This document shows, in pieces, positions 63,230-64,000 of a stretch of 64,000 bases of DNA. Positions within the stretch are counted from its first letter, which is position 1, and every line of letters starts with the position of its first letter. Origin of the DNA: the human T2T-CHM13v2.0 reference genome, Homo sapiens; NCBI RefSeq assembly GCF_009914755.1, contig NC_060942.1; one strand, written 5' to 3'. The notes beneath the pieces were generated by a model, which was given only the letters and a program-made list of their open reading frames with translations, ran no database searches and had not been told where the DNA came from. The position numbers were made by a program, and so were the translations under genes.

Positions 63230-64000
63230 GAATTCCTCCAGTAAGATAGAACTGGGTAAATTGAAAAAAAAAATGCTTCTACTGCTATTAAAAAATCTGG
63301 TTGAAATATAATTTTTGAATCTTCAAAAAAGCATCTAAGAATTAACAAGGTAATAAGGAATACCTAGTTCCAGATCTAATAGAAGTCAAAAATCCAGAGA
63401 AGTGAGACTAACATTTTAGGCCACTCTTTCCCTGGGGACAACATCTGACCCAGGAGAGGCAACTGAGAGGTTGGGCAGTACTTGTGAGGGCCACACAAAA
63501 CTTTGGAAACAGAAGATGGAATCCAGACTCTGCCAAATGTAGGTGCCCTGAGAAATTAACCCATTCCTAGGACTGAGACCCCAAAAGTCTGTATTTCAAG
63601 AAACAGAATGAAACAGAAATAAAATCTATGAGAAGACTGCCCATAGACTGAAGCCCAGCCTCAAATTACCCGGGTAATTCCAAATCTCAGTAAGGCCATT
63701 CTTGCCCATTTTGTGTGTTGACTCACAGGACACTCAACATACAAAATGACTATGTAACCAAAATCAACAGAAACAAAAGACAGCATAAACTAATCCAAAG
63801 ACACTCTAAATAGCAAAATTACCAGATAATATATCACTAGAAAACTTTGCTTAACATCTTTATAAATCGATCATGTTTATAACATCAAATTTTAAAATGT
63901 CAAAACTAAAAATAATAAAAATTAATATTGTCGATTTGAAAAGCAGCCAGTTAGAAATCTGTGAACTGAAAACTGCCATAACTGCAATTCTAAACTCCCT
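63230..64000 (+). mobile_element. Old L1M 5'UTR / ORF1 start, runs off the window
   Basis: A-rich decayed L1 5' sequence (aatcaacagaaacaaaagacagca; gaaatctgtgaactgaaaa). Confidence 0.45.

Noticed and set aside
61848-64000. CCDC178 promoter or CpG island
   Set aside because: The ATG exon begins with a splice acceptor and the upstream sequence is AT-rich repeat, so the promoter lies outside the window.

Overview
Human genomic DNA, AT-rich and mostly interspersed repeats; a near-consensus AluYa5 indicates the species. The window covers the 5' coding part of CCDC178 on the minus strand. Five GT-AG exons (61768-61847 with ATG at 61825, 46881-46940, 39266-39355, 19819-19958 and a 23-nt micro-exon at 6093-6115) splice in frame to MTENKTVSSSSTRDDQTNI-GLTCQEVKALREKAWSRTNE-GNAMSQSLVLYGASKENSEGFHESKMTNTE-GVNKGIYFSYPC...QEHLKR-FETSFEE(W). 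The gene continues beyond both ends. The introns hold a full-length decayed L1PA, an internally deleted L1PB, many older L1M pieces, Alus, a full-length Tigger1, solo LTRs, L2, MIR and MER elements. Most listed ORFs are repeat-derived or chance. I see no new multi-gene system. The most unusual structure is a ~650-bp, ~95%-identical inverted duplication (40062-40715 / 42926-43570) around a 2.2-kb spacer, inside a cluster of templated-duplication scars at 39-45.5 kb. Other oddities: an inverted second YY1 site at the L1PA 5' end, a possibly polymorphic AluYa5 and candidate cryptic exons. Subfamily names and identity values are by-eye estimates.
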